From Takakia lepidozioides (taxonomy: Eukaryota; Plantae; Bryophyta), in assembly GCA_030704615.1 (NCBI GenBank), contig CM060733.1, positions 21,824,001 through 21,888,000 on the forward strand: DNA of 64,000 bases, given 5' to 3'. Shown here piece by piece: positions 36,996-49,500 of the stretch. The translations under genes were made by a program, and so were the position numbers. Each line of letters opens with the position of its first letter. Within the stretch, counting starts at the first letter, position 1. The notes beneath the pieces were generated by a model. That model was not told the DNA's origin and searched no databases. It saw only the letters and a list, made by a program, of their open reading frames with translations.

Positions 36996-39104
36996 TGTCG
37001 TCTCTCCTGCTGTCAGAAGCACGCGATGTGCTTCTGAGCTCGCGAGGAGAGTGTTATGGCGGACGAGAACAAGAGGAGCTCATGGACGAAGATGATCAGG
37101 AAGAGCAAGACCACAAACGAGAAACACCAATATAATCAACAACAACAACACCAACACAAACACCACCAGCAACACAACCACCACCAAGTCAACAAACACT
37201 TGTACAGGCCACAGCAGGGCCATCTACTCAAGAGGTAAACCCTGTAACACTACCAAGTGTAGTGATAGCATCAACTTCGGTAGCAGTGGATGATTTCCAA
37301 ATCATGCCATGCAAGCAGGATAGACAATGGCTAAAGTATTCAGAGGAATACTTTAAAATGATGGTAGTCCGAGCCCACCAAATCCCAGAGATATTGGAGA
37401 AGGTCTTCAAAACCTTAACCCCCTGTAGATCATTGGGTCAATTACATCTGCTCAATCAAACTCTTATCACTCTAAGATATAGGATGAGGCCACTGGCTAA
37501 GGAGGAGACATGGTTAGGGGCAGAATTGGTTGAATTTTGGCGCCAGGCTCCCCTGGAATACAAGGAGCTGGTAGCTTACATGTGGGCAGTGGGGCAATTG
37601 AAGATTAATCGTACCCTGGCAGTAACCATTGTAATGGGATGCCCAAGTTTTTATATTGGCAGTTACTTGTACCGGATATTCGTGACTATGAGGGGAAGCT
37701 GGCAGCGCTATGAGAGTATTGAAAATATACTCACCGGGAATTACCTAAATTCCAGCCACCAAAGAGAGTCGCAGGCACTTTAGCATATATGAACAGACCA
37801 CTGTATGCTGAAGCATGGCGCCAGGCGAAGGATCACTTTTCACCATTGGTCTTGGACAGAGATCACCCTTTCAAAGAAACAAGGATCCAAGCTGTTAACT
37901 AGTTAATGGGCAACAAGGCAACTAAACACATTATACCTTGGACCAAGGAGGAGCTGCAAACCTACCGAGAAACCTTGACCACAAAAATCGACATGGTACA
38001 TGGGGACGGAATAGCAGAACACCCTGATGACGAAAGCTGGCCTACTCACGAACCAGAGGAGCAGCCAGACAGTGACGACAACAGGAACAAGAAGTTGCCA
38101 CCACGACAATCCTGGGACGCACTTCCTACCCCGCAGACAGGCATGCCACCACCTTACATCCCCAAGAGATACAGCAAGCACAAGAACTGACGAAGTTGTG
38201 CGGACACAATTTCAAAAGAGGGGGGGGGGATAAATGATAACGGCTATGCTACGAGGGACAGACAAAGAGGGTTACAACGGGACATACTGGGTAGTGATGG
38301 ACGTACACTACCTGGCCACAAGCAGAGACGGCTAAGTACGCGGTACTTAGGAAATGGCGGGACAAGGGTACATTACCACGGGAGCAGTAGTGGGTAGTGT
38401 AGTAACCGTGGGTCGTGAACCACGATATCACATGGACACGATAGCATCGGCTTTAACCAATAAAGGGAGTAGTGGACCGTTTACCAGTATGGCTCACGAC
38501 CACTGCAATGAGCCACTTTTTTAGCAAACCTTTTAGGTTGTGTAGGCAGTTAGGCAAACGGTCATTAACGACAGCAGACTGTAACGGCTCTTTGGAGCAT
38601 AGTATAAAGAGGCTGCACGCAACTTAGATGGAGAGCGATATGAGTATGAGTATCAGTGATCAGTGTGTATTTAGTGTGTACTTCTGTGATGATGTGACAA
38701 ACTTTGAAGTAAAGCCATGCTATTTAAAGTATCTCTATGTAGAGTGAATATGAGATGGAAAGAATGTGCATTATGAGAGAACGTGAGATGGTGAGAATGT
38801 GTATCATCTCATGATAGTTCTTGGTTTACCTTGACTGTCAATTGGTTGTACAATAAAACGACTTCAGTCTTTACGACTAAGATCTCTAATGTCAAAGAGA
38901 CTATAAGTTAAGCTTAATCAATAGGATTAAGCAGCTTCCAAGGAGATAAATTCAAACGATGTTCATAGTTTAGCTATCCTTAAAACGATTACTTCGTAAT
39001 CGTTTCTGAAAGTATACCGTCGGACAACCTCTGTTGCTTGTCTTAGGAAATGGGCAGTAGTGCTGATAGCATGTTTTGTCTAAGTCATAAACCATCGGTT
39101 AACA
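36996..39104 (+). mobile_element. 3' end of an LTR retrotransposon: decayed extra ORF, PPT and 3' LTR (38235-39104)
   Basis: Polypurine tract AAAAGAGGGGGGGGGGA ending at 38230, then TGATAACGG...CGGTTAACA inverted termini with an internal TATAAA. It abuts the truncated gag of the neighbouring gypsy copy. Confidence 0.65.
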
Positions 39105-40777
39105 TGCCCTCCCTTCGATTTCCATGTGCCATTGTCGCCGTGTGGCCTATCCCACTTCTTTTCCGGTCGGAATGAGTCACCCTCCCGCCGGGTCTTCTTG
39201 TGGTTTAGCTTCGTACGGCCAGCTTGTCTTTCGCCTCTAGGGACATCCGAGAAACATTCAGCCTTTTCAATTGCCTCGTTCAAAGTCTTAGGTGGCTTCT
39301 CCTCCAACTTCCGCCTGGCCCATGGGGTTAGTCCCGCCACAAAGTTGAAGACCATTTCTGGTTTTGCCATATCCGCGACTTCGAGCAACAGCACATTGAA
39401 AGCCTAAACATATCCCCGAATATCATCTGTTTGCTTCAAATTCCTCATCTTGTCCCGGGCAAGCCAGGACGCGTTGAAGGGCACAAATTGTCTTTTCATA
39501 AGTTCCTTGAACCCACTTCATCTCAAGGTTTCTAAGTTTGGACCTTGGTCATGAAGATGTTTCTGCCACCTTTGTTGAGCATAGCCCCTCAAATAGGTGG
39601 GGGCCACTTCCACCTGATCCTCGTCACTTAATTTGGCCGTCCGGAAGTACTGCTCTAGCTCCAAGAGCCAGGTGTTGAGTGCTTTCCGATTTCGGACGCC
39701 CTCGAAGGTGCCGGGTTCCTAAGGCTTCACCTTAAACTTTGCCTCAGTGGAAGTGACATTAGTCGCCTTCAACACGTCTTTCAATGTCCCGCCAAACTGC
39801 CCCAACAATCCTTCCCAAAAGGCTGCTGGCATGGGAGACATCTGTTGGTCTGGCGGAGCCTCCGGGAAGTCCTCGGGCTTCGACTCCCCAGATTCATCCC
39901 GTTCTTGAGCGGCCTCGCTTTCAGAAGTATAAATCGCCTCTTCCAATTGCCGCTTCAGTGGCATTCGGGTCGTTCCGCTTTCGCTTTGTCTTGCCCGACC
40001 CCATGATGAGGCCGATCTCAAGGACGATCGCGTACTGAACTCTAAGCTCTGATACCAAGTGTCATGCACCTCACTTCGGTAAGCTCCCCTTCAAGTCATA
40101 GTTACTCGTTTTGATGCGTGCGTCTAACTCCCAAACTGGCCGTCGGGCCAACTCGGAGCTTCGGCTGCTCACCAGGACATAACGGTCCCCCTTTGCTCCT
40201 CCACAAGACCCTCTCTCAATTTGGGCCTAGTGGAAATTCCCTTTGATTGTTGGCAGTCCGGAACAGCTCCCCACACCTTGGTCGCTTTCCGGCTCGCACG
40301 CTTACTCACTAGTTTTTGGTCATCAACAGGCTTGCACCGTTCTCGGGGTTACTACTCCTTATATATACTTCTGTGACTGTCCGCGGGGGTTTCACAAACA
40401 ACACCGTCCTTTTATGGCGAACCACCACGAAGACCCTCCATTCCCGGTGGTGAGTCGCGGTGAGTCTTGGCCCACCCACCACGGCTCCATTGGACCGTGA
40501 TGAGTCCCAAGACTCCCCACGACTCCCACCACAAGGTCTCCGCCCTATGGTGAGTCCTATGTCACCCCCACTAAGTCCCACTAAGGAACCACCCCCCCTC
40601 GTGGAACCACCTCCACCGCAACCCAGTGTTCCACCTAGTGAGTGCCTCCGCCTCCATGAGTGCCTTGGGCACTCAAGGGTGCTTCAGCCCCCGTATCTAT
40701 TGTTGCCACTGCCCCCACCACAGGGGCAACCCCTTTTGTGTCCCGACCCCCTGCCCTCAAGGCGAAGGGCCGCGACA
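39105..40777 (-). mobile_element. Truncated chromovirus copy (5' LTR 40060-40777, tRNA-Met PBS, partial gag)
   Basis: Same family as 46546-53406: LTR TGTC...GACA, PBS TGGTATCAGAGC, gag with stops, cut off at ~39105. Confidence 0.9.
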
Positions 40778-41566
40778 GAGTGTGTGGTATTGGTTGATGG
40801 TTGCTAAGTATGTTTTGGGATGTGCGGATAGAGCGGGCAAGATGTGTTATAGTTTGGTGTACATGCCGACCTAGGGTGGCATAATGAGGTTTGAGATGTC
40901 ACATGGATGGGAGTGGTAAGTTTGGTGTAGAAGACGGGGCAATGAATTTGAGGCTTGTGGCACTAGCGAGTTGCTTAAGTTTGTGGATTTGTAAATGTTT
41001 GAAGTAGTTAAAAGAGAGTGTAGCGGTTGGGTGGATCTTTATGTATTAAAAAGAAGGGGAGGCAAGAATCACTATTGAGCCATACTACTTCAAGGGCCGG
41101 TTTTTGCAAAATTGGAAAGAAAAAATTAAAAGTGGAGGTTGATCATATGTTTTAAGACTAGGATGGTGTGAGCGATGGATTAATGAGCATACTTGTGTAC
41201 TAATGGATAATAATGAGTTGAGACCAATATATTTGGAAGAGTACAAGTGTGCGATGATGCCTCGAGTAATTTGCCCTAGTTTGGTGTTAAGGGGCATCAG
41301 TTTTTTGCCAAAATATTTTCTCTTCTTTCTCCTAGTATTGAGGGAGTTGGGCCTAATGCATCAGAAGTACTTGTGGGTAGGTCATATATGTGCTTGGTAA
41401 GTCTAATGATATCTAGGCTGGTTATATCGGGGATGCCGCATAGAATATATAGCTGAAGAATGGTCTGATGAAAGTTTGGATTATGAATAGCTTCTGTCGA
41501 ATGGAGGTTGGAGATTTTGAGGATGGTGGTGTTAAAATGGGAAGGGAATGTTAAGATATATGATGA

Positions 41567-41735
41567 AAAAAAGTATGACGCCTCCTGAAGGAAGCGTAAC
41601 TTATGGTGTCTCTTCACCACAAGGGCTACTACCTTCCAGCTGAAAGGTGGACACCTTCATGACACACCAGACCGTGGTTTGAACCCACAACCACAACCCA
41701 TGTGCCCATTACCATTGGGCTATATGCTGGTTGTC
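41567..41735 (-). mobile_element. Full-length tRNA-derived SINE, family B, T-tailed, 12-bp TSD
   Basis: Minus strand GACAACCAGCATATAGCCCAATGG (A-box)...GGTTCAAACC (B-box)...GGAGGCGTCATACTTTTTT. TSD GATATATGATGA at 41555-41566 and 41736-41747. Confidence 0.88.
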
Positions 41736-41784
41736 GATATATGATGATGGTATTGCAAGCACTAAGAGTATCTAGTATGTCAAA

Positions 41785-42267
41785 TCAATATATCAAGGTA
41801 GTTTGTTTTGTTTTGTTTTGTTTTGTAGCGTTGAGATCTCTCAAACTGCGGGGCCCCAACCCTGGTGCTTGGTACCGTTGGAAAGCCCTCAATGAGGAGG
41901 GGTGCACCGACTTGGTCTCATATTTTTTGGACTGCGGTTTGGGAGATGCCGAATTTCAAGTACTTTTGGTCGCTGGAAATTCGTGAAAGATAGCAAAGTG
42001 GGCTTTCCTGGGACAATGTTTGGATATATTACTACTCAATAAATTAATGAAAAAAATGAATTGGTTTTTTTTGGAATATAAAATGACTGTATAGTAGGTG
42101 CTCAACAACACAGTACACAGTATGAATGTTCACGTACTATATAGTCCAAGAACTTAGGTATGTGCCCCAAAAGAAATAAGATCTACCTGGGAATTCCATA
42201 GAAACCCATCAATATATGAAGCGAGGTACAAGATTGGACACTTGGGCCAACGACACAGGCTACCTAG
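41785..42267 (+). mobile_element. Non-autonomous Helitron
   Basis: A|TC 5' end followed by (GTTTT)n, subterminal short hairpin gggccaacgacacaggc, CTAG|T 3' end, no TSD. Confidence 0.6.
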
Positions 42268-45200
42268 TCCCAGTGTACCTAGTCCCAGTGTTTTTCTTTC
42301 TGGCGAAAAAGTATGTAAGCATAGGTACATATAAATTAGTATAATCCAGAGTAAATGAGGAAGATGGGGAAGTATTGGTATTGTGGCTGGTATGAAAAAA
42401 ATTGATACGAGCCTGGTATGGTATATGACCGAATATTCTCCCAAATGATACCAGACAGCTGGTCTGGTATCTAATACGAGTGCGTATACCAGTCCTTCAC
42501 CTATATACCAATATGTAAACCCAAGTTTCATTCCAAAGAAAATCAGCGAGTGATTACCTAACACAACTAACTTGGGGGCTGGGGGCTAGTGGAAAAGCAG
42601 GAGAAGGACAGGCAGGCCCAGAGAAAAGAGGGGCTCTGGAGTGGACGGGTGGGCCCAGGCTGTAGGGACACCTAGAAAGAGGGGGAATGAATGTTTTATT
42701 TATAGAAGGTTATGATAGGCCCACCATTGGAGCAGCCAATGGTGGGTTAGGATTACAGGTTTGGTAGGGTTAGAATTAGTGGAAATGTGTCAAGGGTGGG
42801 GTAGGGTAGGACACGTGGGCATGTCTCTAGCGTCTTATGGAAGGCCCCACCACCGCCTCGCAGGGTCTTTTCAAAGTCTCGAGGCCTCCCTAGGGTATAT
42901 AAGGGGGTGCTCGTCTCACTACTATACATATATAGTAAGTATTTTAGTTAGTATTTAGGGGGCTCCCTCCATGGCCCCAAAAACAAATAGGACCATAGCT
43001 AAATTAGTAGAGTGAGTACAAATGAGAGAATATAATGAGAGATTAGAATTAGAGCCAGCACTGGTCGGAACATAGTAGGGAAACACGGAAAATGGAAGGG
43101 TGGAGAAATGGCTTGGTGAACATAAAAATTGAGGAAGGCCAAATCAGTCTTGAATGAGTATAATCTTTCTAAAACAACCATAGGGCCTTCCATGTACGTA
43201 CGTATGTAATATGTACCCTATTTTCTAATGGGCTCTAGTGACCGGCTCAGGCCCCATGTTGTCCAATGCTGGACGGTGGGTTGCATAGGACTGTGTAGCT
43301 CTAGTGACCTATTATAGCATGTCTCATCTTTCTCTATTCAAGAGGTTACTTTTTTATATAGCTTTTGGATTGTCATGGGAAGATTCATGTGTTATGGGGG
43401 TTTGTGCCCAGGATCGTTTTTGGCTTGTAGGGTATGTGTGACTTTGGAGAGGTTTCAGAATGGATATAGATCAGTGGCTGGTTATTCGATTTCCTTAATA
43501 ACGGGCAGTTTCGCTTACTTCAGATATTGTAAAATTAATAACCTCCCGTTTCAATTATTTCAAAAATTTATGGCTAGATGTACTCACCGGATACTAGCAA
43601 AAACCTTAATTTCTAGTGGTTTTCACCAAATATCCAGGAAGTATTTGGCAGTTCTTTTGAAGGTTCATTGGCAGGTTATTATAGAGAAAAATAATTTTCC
43701 GCACAACACTTGAATAGACATCCCAAGGGCAAATAGTCAGCAGTCAAACCCTTCTTGCTGCCTGGGACCATTGTTCTTGCTTTAAATAATCAGCTCTTTA
43801 TAAAATCGGCATAGACTCTGTTATGCAGATGTAATTTTGTCCAGAAAAATCATAGTCACATACACATCCTGCAACATAATAAAAATATATGCTGACATAT
43901 AATTCGCCACTCTGGATAGGTATAACACAAAGTTTTAGACCCTCTACCCTCCTGGTCAGGCCCAACCAATGTCACCCTGGGACATAAAGAATAAATTGTA
44001 TATTCAACCTTTGAGCCTCCCTGAAACCTTCTTCCTCTTGCTGGTCCTAGTTGCAACCACCCCTAGCCAGTCTCTACCGCGAACATCCCATACTGAGCCT
44101 CCCCTACCGCCACCTCCCTCCTCCTTCTGGTCCTTGTTGCCAGCCCCACGTCATCTTATACCTTATTTTTTCCTCTGGTCCTCACTGCAAAGTTAGAGTC
44201 GCTCGAGTACCGTGAACTCAACTGGCGAGGCACTACTTGATTTCCACTTGCCTCCCTCCATTTTAGAACATTCGCTCCCTCCAAAACCTTCACCAACCGC
44301 ACTAGCTGTACTAGCCAAGTCAAGTGGAGTGCATGTAGACCCCACATGCACTAGCCATGTGGGGACGCATGCAACTAGCCCTTTGGTTGATTTTATTTTT
44401 TGAAGGATTGGAGTACATATTTGCTTGCTAGTGTCAAGAACGGAACGGTCGTGGAAGTGCGCACCGGGTAGGCGGCCTTCTGGAAGGGTCCCAGGCCCCC
44501 CCTATAAAGAGAGCCCCTCTCTCTTCCCCTGCATCTTACTATCTATTCTTATTACTTATTACTTACCAGTACCTAGGGGCTCTGGGCCCAAAAGAAAATG
44601 CAAACAATGACATAATAAATTAATAGAAGTAGAGGTAATGATGAATAACCCCCCAACAAGATATGATTTGATATAATATCAAAGGTTTCACAAAAATGTT
44701 CATACCAGTCAGGTATATATAATGGAAGATATATTTTTTGTACATACTAATATAAATACTAAATATCGTATTCACAATACCAGCTGGTCTCAAGTATTAA
44801 TACTAGTATAATTCAAGTGCCATTTTTGTCTAAACATTTATCAATTATCCAGTATCTAGTAGAAAAAAACCTTATAAAGTCCCATAATTGTACAAAATAT
44901 GTATACAATACTAATATCGCAAGTAGAATACTCATACCAGAGCAAATGAGGAAGATGGTGGGGGACTAGTCCTGGTATAGCGGCTGGTATATCAGTGGTA
45001 AAAACCCACGCCAGAACTTCATTTTGCCTACATGGACCTGTGAAGACGTGCCACCTGTTACATAGCTACTTTCTAACCCTGCCCCGCTGGGTAGGCTCAG
45101 GCGATTTTGGAAAAATGAGACTGATTCGCGGGCATCCTTGTTTGGGGTGGCCTGCGCCCTGGGGGCCAACAACTACCGGCCAGAATGTTCTCCAGCATAG

Positions 45201-46545
45201 GACCGAAAATTTGCCGGTCACGGCAAGGCGGCGCACGAGAGCAATGGTGGGGTGGCGTGCCGCGGTTGGTTTTGAGGAGACTGCGCAGCTGGCGGGCCAG
45301 CAGCCGTGTGGGAAAGCTGGCGGCCTATGGGGCGGCCCCACCGCGGATGCCTGGCATCGCCCGCGCGGGCCCCGCGTACTGGCCCCGCGGACTCCTCGTG
45401 TTCTGCCCTTCCACCTAATCGCCCTTGATCGTTTACGTTCCGGCTTACCAGCGCCTCGAGCCTTTAATAATCTTTGACTGGTGACCGAATCACCCGGTCA
45501 GCGCCTCGCCAGGTGTCGGGCAGCGCCCGACATCCAGACCGGAGACTCTCCGGCCCCAAACCGGGCCGGTCAGTCTGACCCTGCCCGGCCGGCTCTGGGC
45601 TCGACAAACGGCCTGGCGCGCCTTGAATGACCTAAACGACTACAGTCGTGGTACCTATTCCTTAACTTCTGCAAATTGGATGCTCTTTGGATGCATGTTG
45701 AATCTTTCATCCATACGTATTCTCATCCGGTTCGTATCCTGCGTGCGACTTACAATCACTCATTATTTACATGTACACGAGCAAAACATTTTATTATAAT
45801 TATTTGTCATACATTCTTAAATATTCTGAATTTGATCCTACTTCAATGAAAATAAAAAGTATGACGCCTCCCCAAGCGTAACTTAAGCCTAACTTATGGT
45901 GTCACTTGACCTCGAAGGGCTACTGCCTTCCAGTAGGAAGGTGGACACCAATGTTTTGCGGTTCTTGCCATTGAAGGAACGTCCGGTTCCGATTTCTTGG
46001 TATATTTAAAGAGGCGGTTCCGGTTCTTTTTATGAAGCGGTTCCGGTTCCAGTTCCGGTTCCAAAATTCATGAGCAGATTCCGGTTCCGGTTCCGGGTAT
46101 TTTTTGGGAAGGAACCGCCGGTTCCAGTTTCTGGTTCCGGTTCTGTATTTTTTGAATTTAAAAATATACATATGAAAATTTTTATCGATTTTTTATAAAT
46201 CTGAAAATGATTTGTGAATCCCTGTTATATCAAATGTTTTGACCATGTTGAAAAGAAACAACACAACATTCATATATAAATTTATGAAATAATAATAATG
46301 CAATGTAAGCGAGTATAAATCAATGTGTGTAGAGTACGCAAAGAAATCATTTTATCTCAAACAACTCGGCCTCTACAATCAAATCCTCGTTGTCATCTAA
46401 GAGGACTTCCTCAGTGTTCAAAAACTCGTTCATGGAAGAGCTCACCAACACGAGAGATGATACAATGTGTAAAACCAAAAAAATAAAATAAACCCCGCTG
46501 CCTACGCTGCTACCTCCCCCACTCGCTAAGGCGCCGCTCCCTCCC

Positions 46546-49500
46546 TGTCGCGCACCTCACTTCGGTAAGCTCCCCCCTCAAGTCATAGTTACTCGCTTGA
46601 TGTGCGCGCCTAACTCCCAACCTGGCCGCCGGGCCAACTTGGAGCTCCGGCTGCTCACCGGGGCACAACGGTCCTCCTTTGATCTCCCAAAGAACTCTCC
46701 AACGATTTGGAACCAGCGGAATTCCCTTTGGTAGTTGGCAGTCCGGAATAGCTCCCCACTCTTTGGTCGTTTTCCGGCTCGCTCGCTTACTCACTAGTTT
46801 TTGGTCACCAACGGGCTTGTACCGTTCTCGGGGTTACTACTCCCTATATATACTTCTGTAGCTGTCCACGGGGGTTTCACAAACAACCATGCCATTTTAT
46901 GGCGAACCACCACGAACACCCTCGACTCCGGGTGATTAGTCGCGGTGAGTCTTGGCCCACCCACCACGGCCCCTATGGACCGTGATGAGTCCCAAGACTC
47001 CCCACGACTCCCACCACGAGGTCTCCGCCCCAGGGTGAGTCCTATACCACCCCCACTAAGTTCCGCTAAACTACCACCACCCCTTGTGGAGCCACCCCCA
47101 CCGCAACCCGGTGTGCGGGGCTCCACCTAGTGAGCGCCTCCGCCTCCTTGAGTGTCTTGGGCACTCAAGGGTGCTTCAGCCCCCCATACCTATCGCTGCC
47201 ACTGCCCCCACCACAAGGGCAGCCCCTCTTATGTCCCGACCCCCTGCCCTCAAGGCAAAGGGCCGCGACACACACCCCTACCAACAGGGAGTCGATGTCC
47301 TCATCGTCTTGTCCATTTTGTGGAAACGAACATCCAAATTGTGGTGTCCCACATCAAGAAGTTTGTTTCCGTACCATGGCGTCCCATGGCAAAGAACCAA
47401 ACCCCACACTTGACTATACTCTCCACTAGCTAGTTCGGCCGACTTCCTCCAAGTCTCGGCCAAGGGTGGAGCCTCTCAAGCTCCTCCCAGTGCACTCTTC
47501 TTGGCCTACTTCAAGGCCAAGGAACGATCCTCCCCGAGGATCGAATCGCCTTACTGCAACAACATTGCTTGCGACCGCTCATGATGCCGCTTTTGGCATC
47601 ACCTTGAGCAAGCGTTCACCTCGAACCCTCTTTGACTAGGAAGATAACCTTGAACCAACCGCACGCCCCAATCACTACAATTGGGTCCGCCTTGAAATGC
47701 TGGCCTGAGGTACGGGAACACGCCAAAGCCGCACTACGACTTCGTCCCGAGGCTGCACGATTATAGTACGTGAACGGAAGCACGTAGCTTCCGCATTAGC
47801 CCGCACTACAAAACAACCCCCTCGGTAGCGCAATTATAGTATGCGCCCGCGCCAGGTGCGCACTAGCACGTGAACTCCTAAAGAAGGTGCAAGTTTCCTT
47901 GCCCCTTGGATGGGAGTCACCCGATTTCGGCACTACGCAAACACACGATTAATCCAATTTACCTCTTCCACTTTTGTAAGCTTATAACAAATTTTTGTAC
48001 AATACAAGTTTTTGCAATCGGATTCCTAAGCTAGCTAAGCCGAGCTAAGCATGCATTTCCTCCCCCACGCTCCAAGGTTGATGTCCCCATCAACGCTTCT
48101 TCCGCTTTTGAGGTCGCCCTTCGAAAACTGCAACCGCCTCGGATGCGTTTCCCATTTCTGAGGCACGCACCCAAGATGCCTCCACATGATGATAGCCTTT
48201 CCATTTGACGAGATACTCCGTTTCTCGGTTCTTGAACCTCCTCGACTTAAGTATTGCCTCCACCTCGTACTCAGGTTCATTTTCATGATCCAACAGCACA
48301 GGTGGCGGACGCAACACTTGATGCCGATTCGGACGCGCTTTATCTTTGAAGTAAGGCTTCAAAAGGGAGACGTGGAATACTGGATGCACCTTGTTGTTTG
48401 CCGGCAGCTCCAATTCATACACATCCTCATTCATAACCTTCCGGATGCGAAAGGGTCCCGCATACGGAGGTACGAACTTTGGACTCACTTCCGGAGGTAG
48501 TCGGAAATTCTTGATGTTCAACCAGACCTTCGTGCCTACCTCACACTTCACTTCCCTCCGCTTCCAATTCGCCTGCCTTTCATACCGTTTCCTAGCTTTG
48601 GCAATGTTGTACTTTGCGAGCTTCAACAAACGCTCGCGTTCTTCCAGTACTGCCGCTACTGCCGGTTCTTCAACGTCCTGGGCGGCCCAACTTGTCGGCA
48701 CCAGAGTTGCTTTTCCATAGACCAATACGAAAGGGGAAACTCCCGTTGCGGAGTGTTCTGTGTTATTATAACAGAACTCTGCCGCGTCTAAGTGTTCCAC
48801 CCAGTCTGTTTGGTCTGCCGACACGTAATTCCGCAAGATCTGCTTCACTACGGATTCACTCTTTCCGTTTGGCCGTCGGTCGTAGGTCGGAAGGCGGTGC
48901 TCATCTTCAGCCTCGTCCCCATCTTCTTCCAAAGTGCCCTCCAAAATTTACTCGTAAACTTTGGATCGCGGTCCGAGACAATATCCTTCGGGACTCCATG
49001 ATGCTTTAAGACATGGGCGAAGTAAAGTCGTCCTGTTTCCTACACCGTTGCCGTCTCTTTGGTGGAGATGAAATGGCCCATTTTACTGAACCTATCCACC
49101 ACCACCATGATTGCATCAAATCCTTTTGACAGCGGCATAGCAGTCATGAAATCCATCGAGACGCTTTCCCAAGTCCCATCTGGAATTGGCAAGGGTTGTA
49201 AGAGCCCCGCTTGCTTTTTGTACTCGCTCTGGTTTTGTTGGCATGTGGTGCATGTCTTGACATACTCCTCTGCCTCCTCCCTCAGTTTGGGCCAGAAATA
49301 CTCTTTCTTCAAGAGTGCCGCAGTGCGTTTGGCTCTGTCGTGGCCCGCAAGCGGGCTATCATGGCATTCTCTCAAGATGCTATCTCTGATCCCTCCCTTC
49401 GGCACGTAGAGACGTTTTTGCTTATACCGGAGCAGTCCATTTTGCAAGTGGAACTGCGATTTAACCCCCATCCTCAAGTCCTGCATCACGGACTTCGCCA

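Noticed and set aside
45980-46145. CRISPR-like or coding repeat (GTGTG/RNRNR ORFs), also 53530-53690
   Set aside because: These are irregular 6-bp CCGGTT subterminal repeats of a hAT element. No repeat-spacer structure, no cas genes, eukaryotic context.
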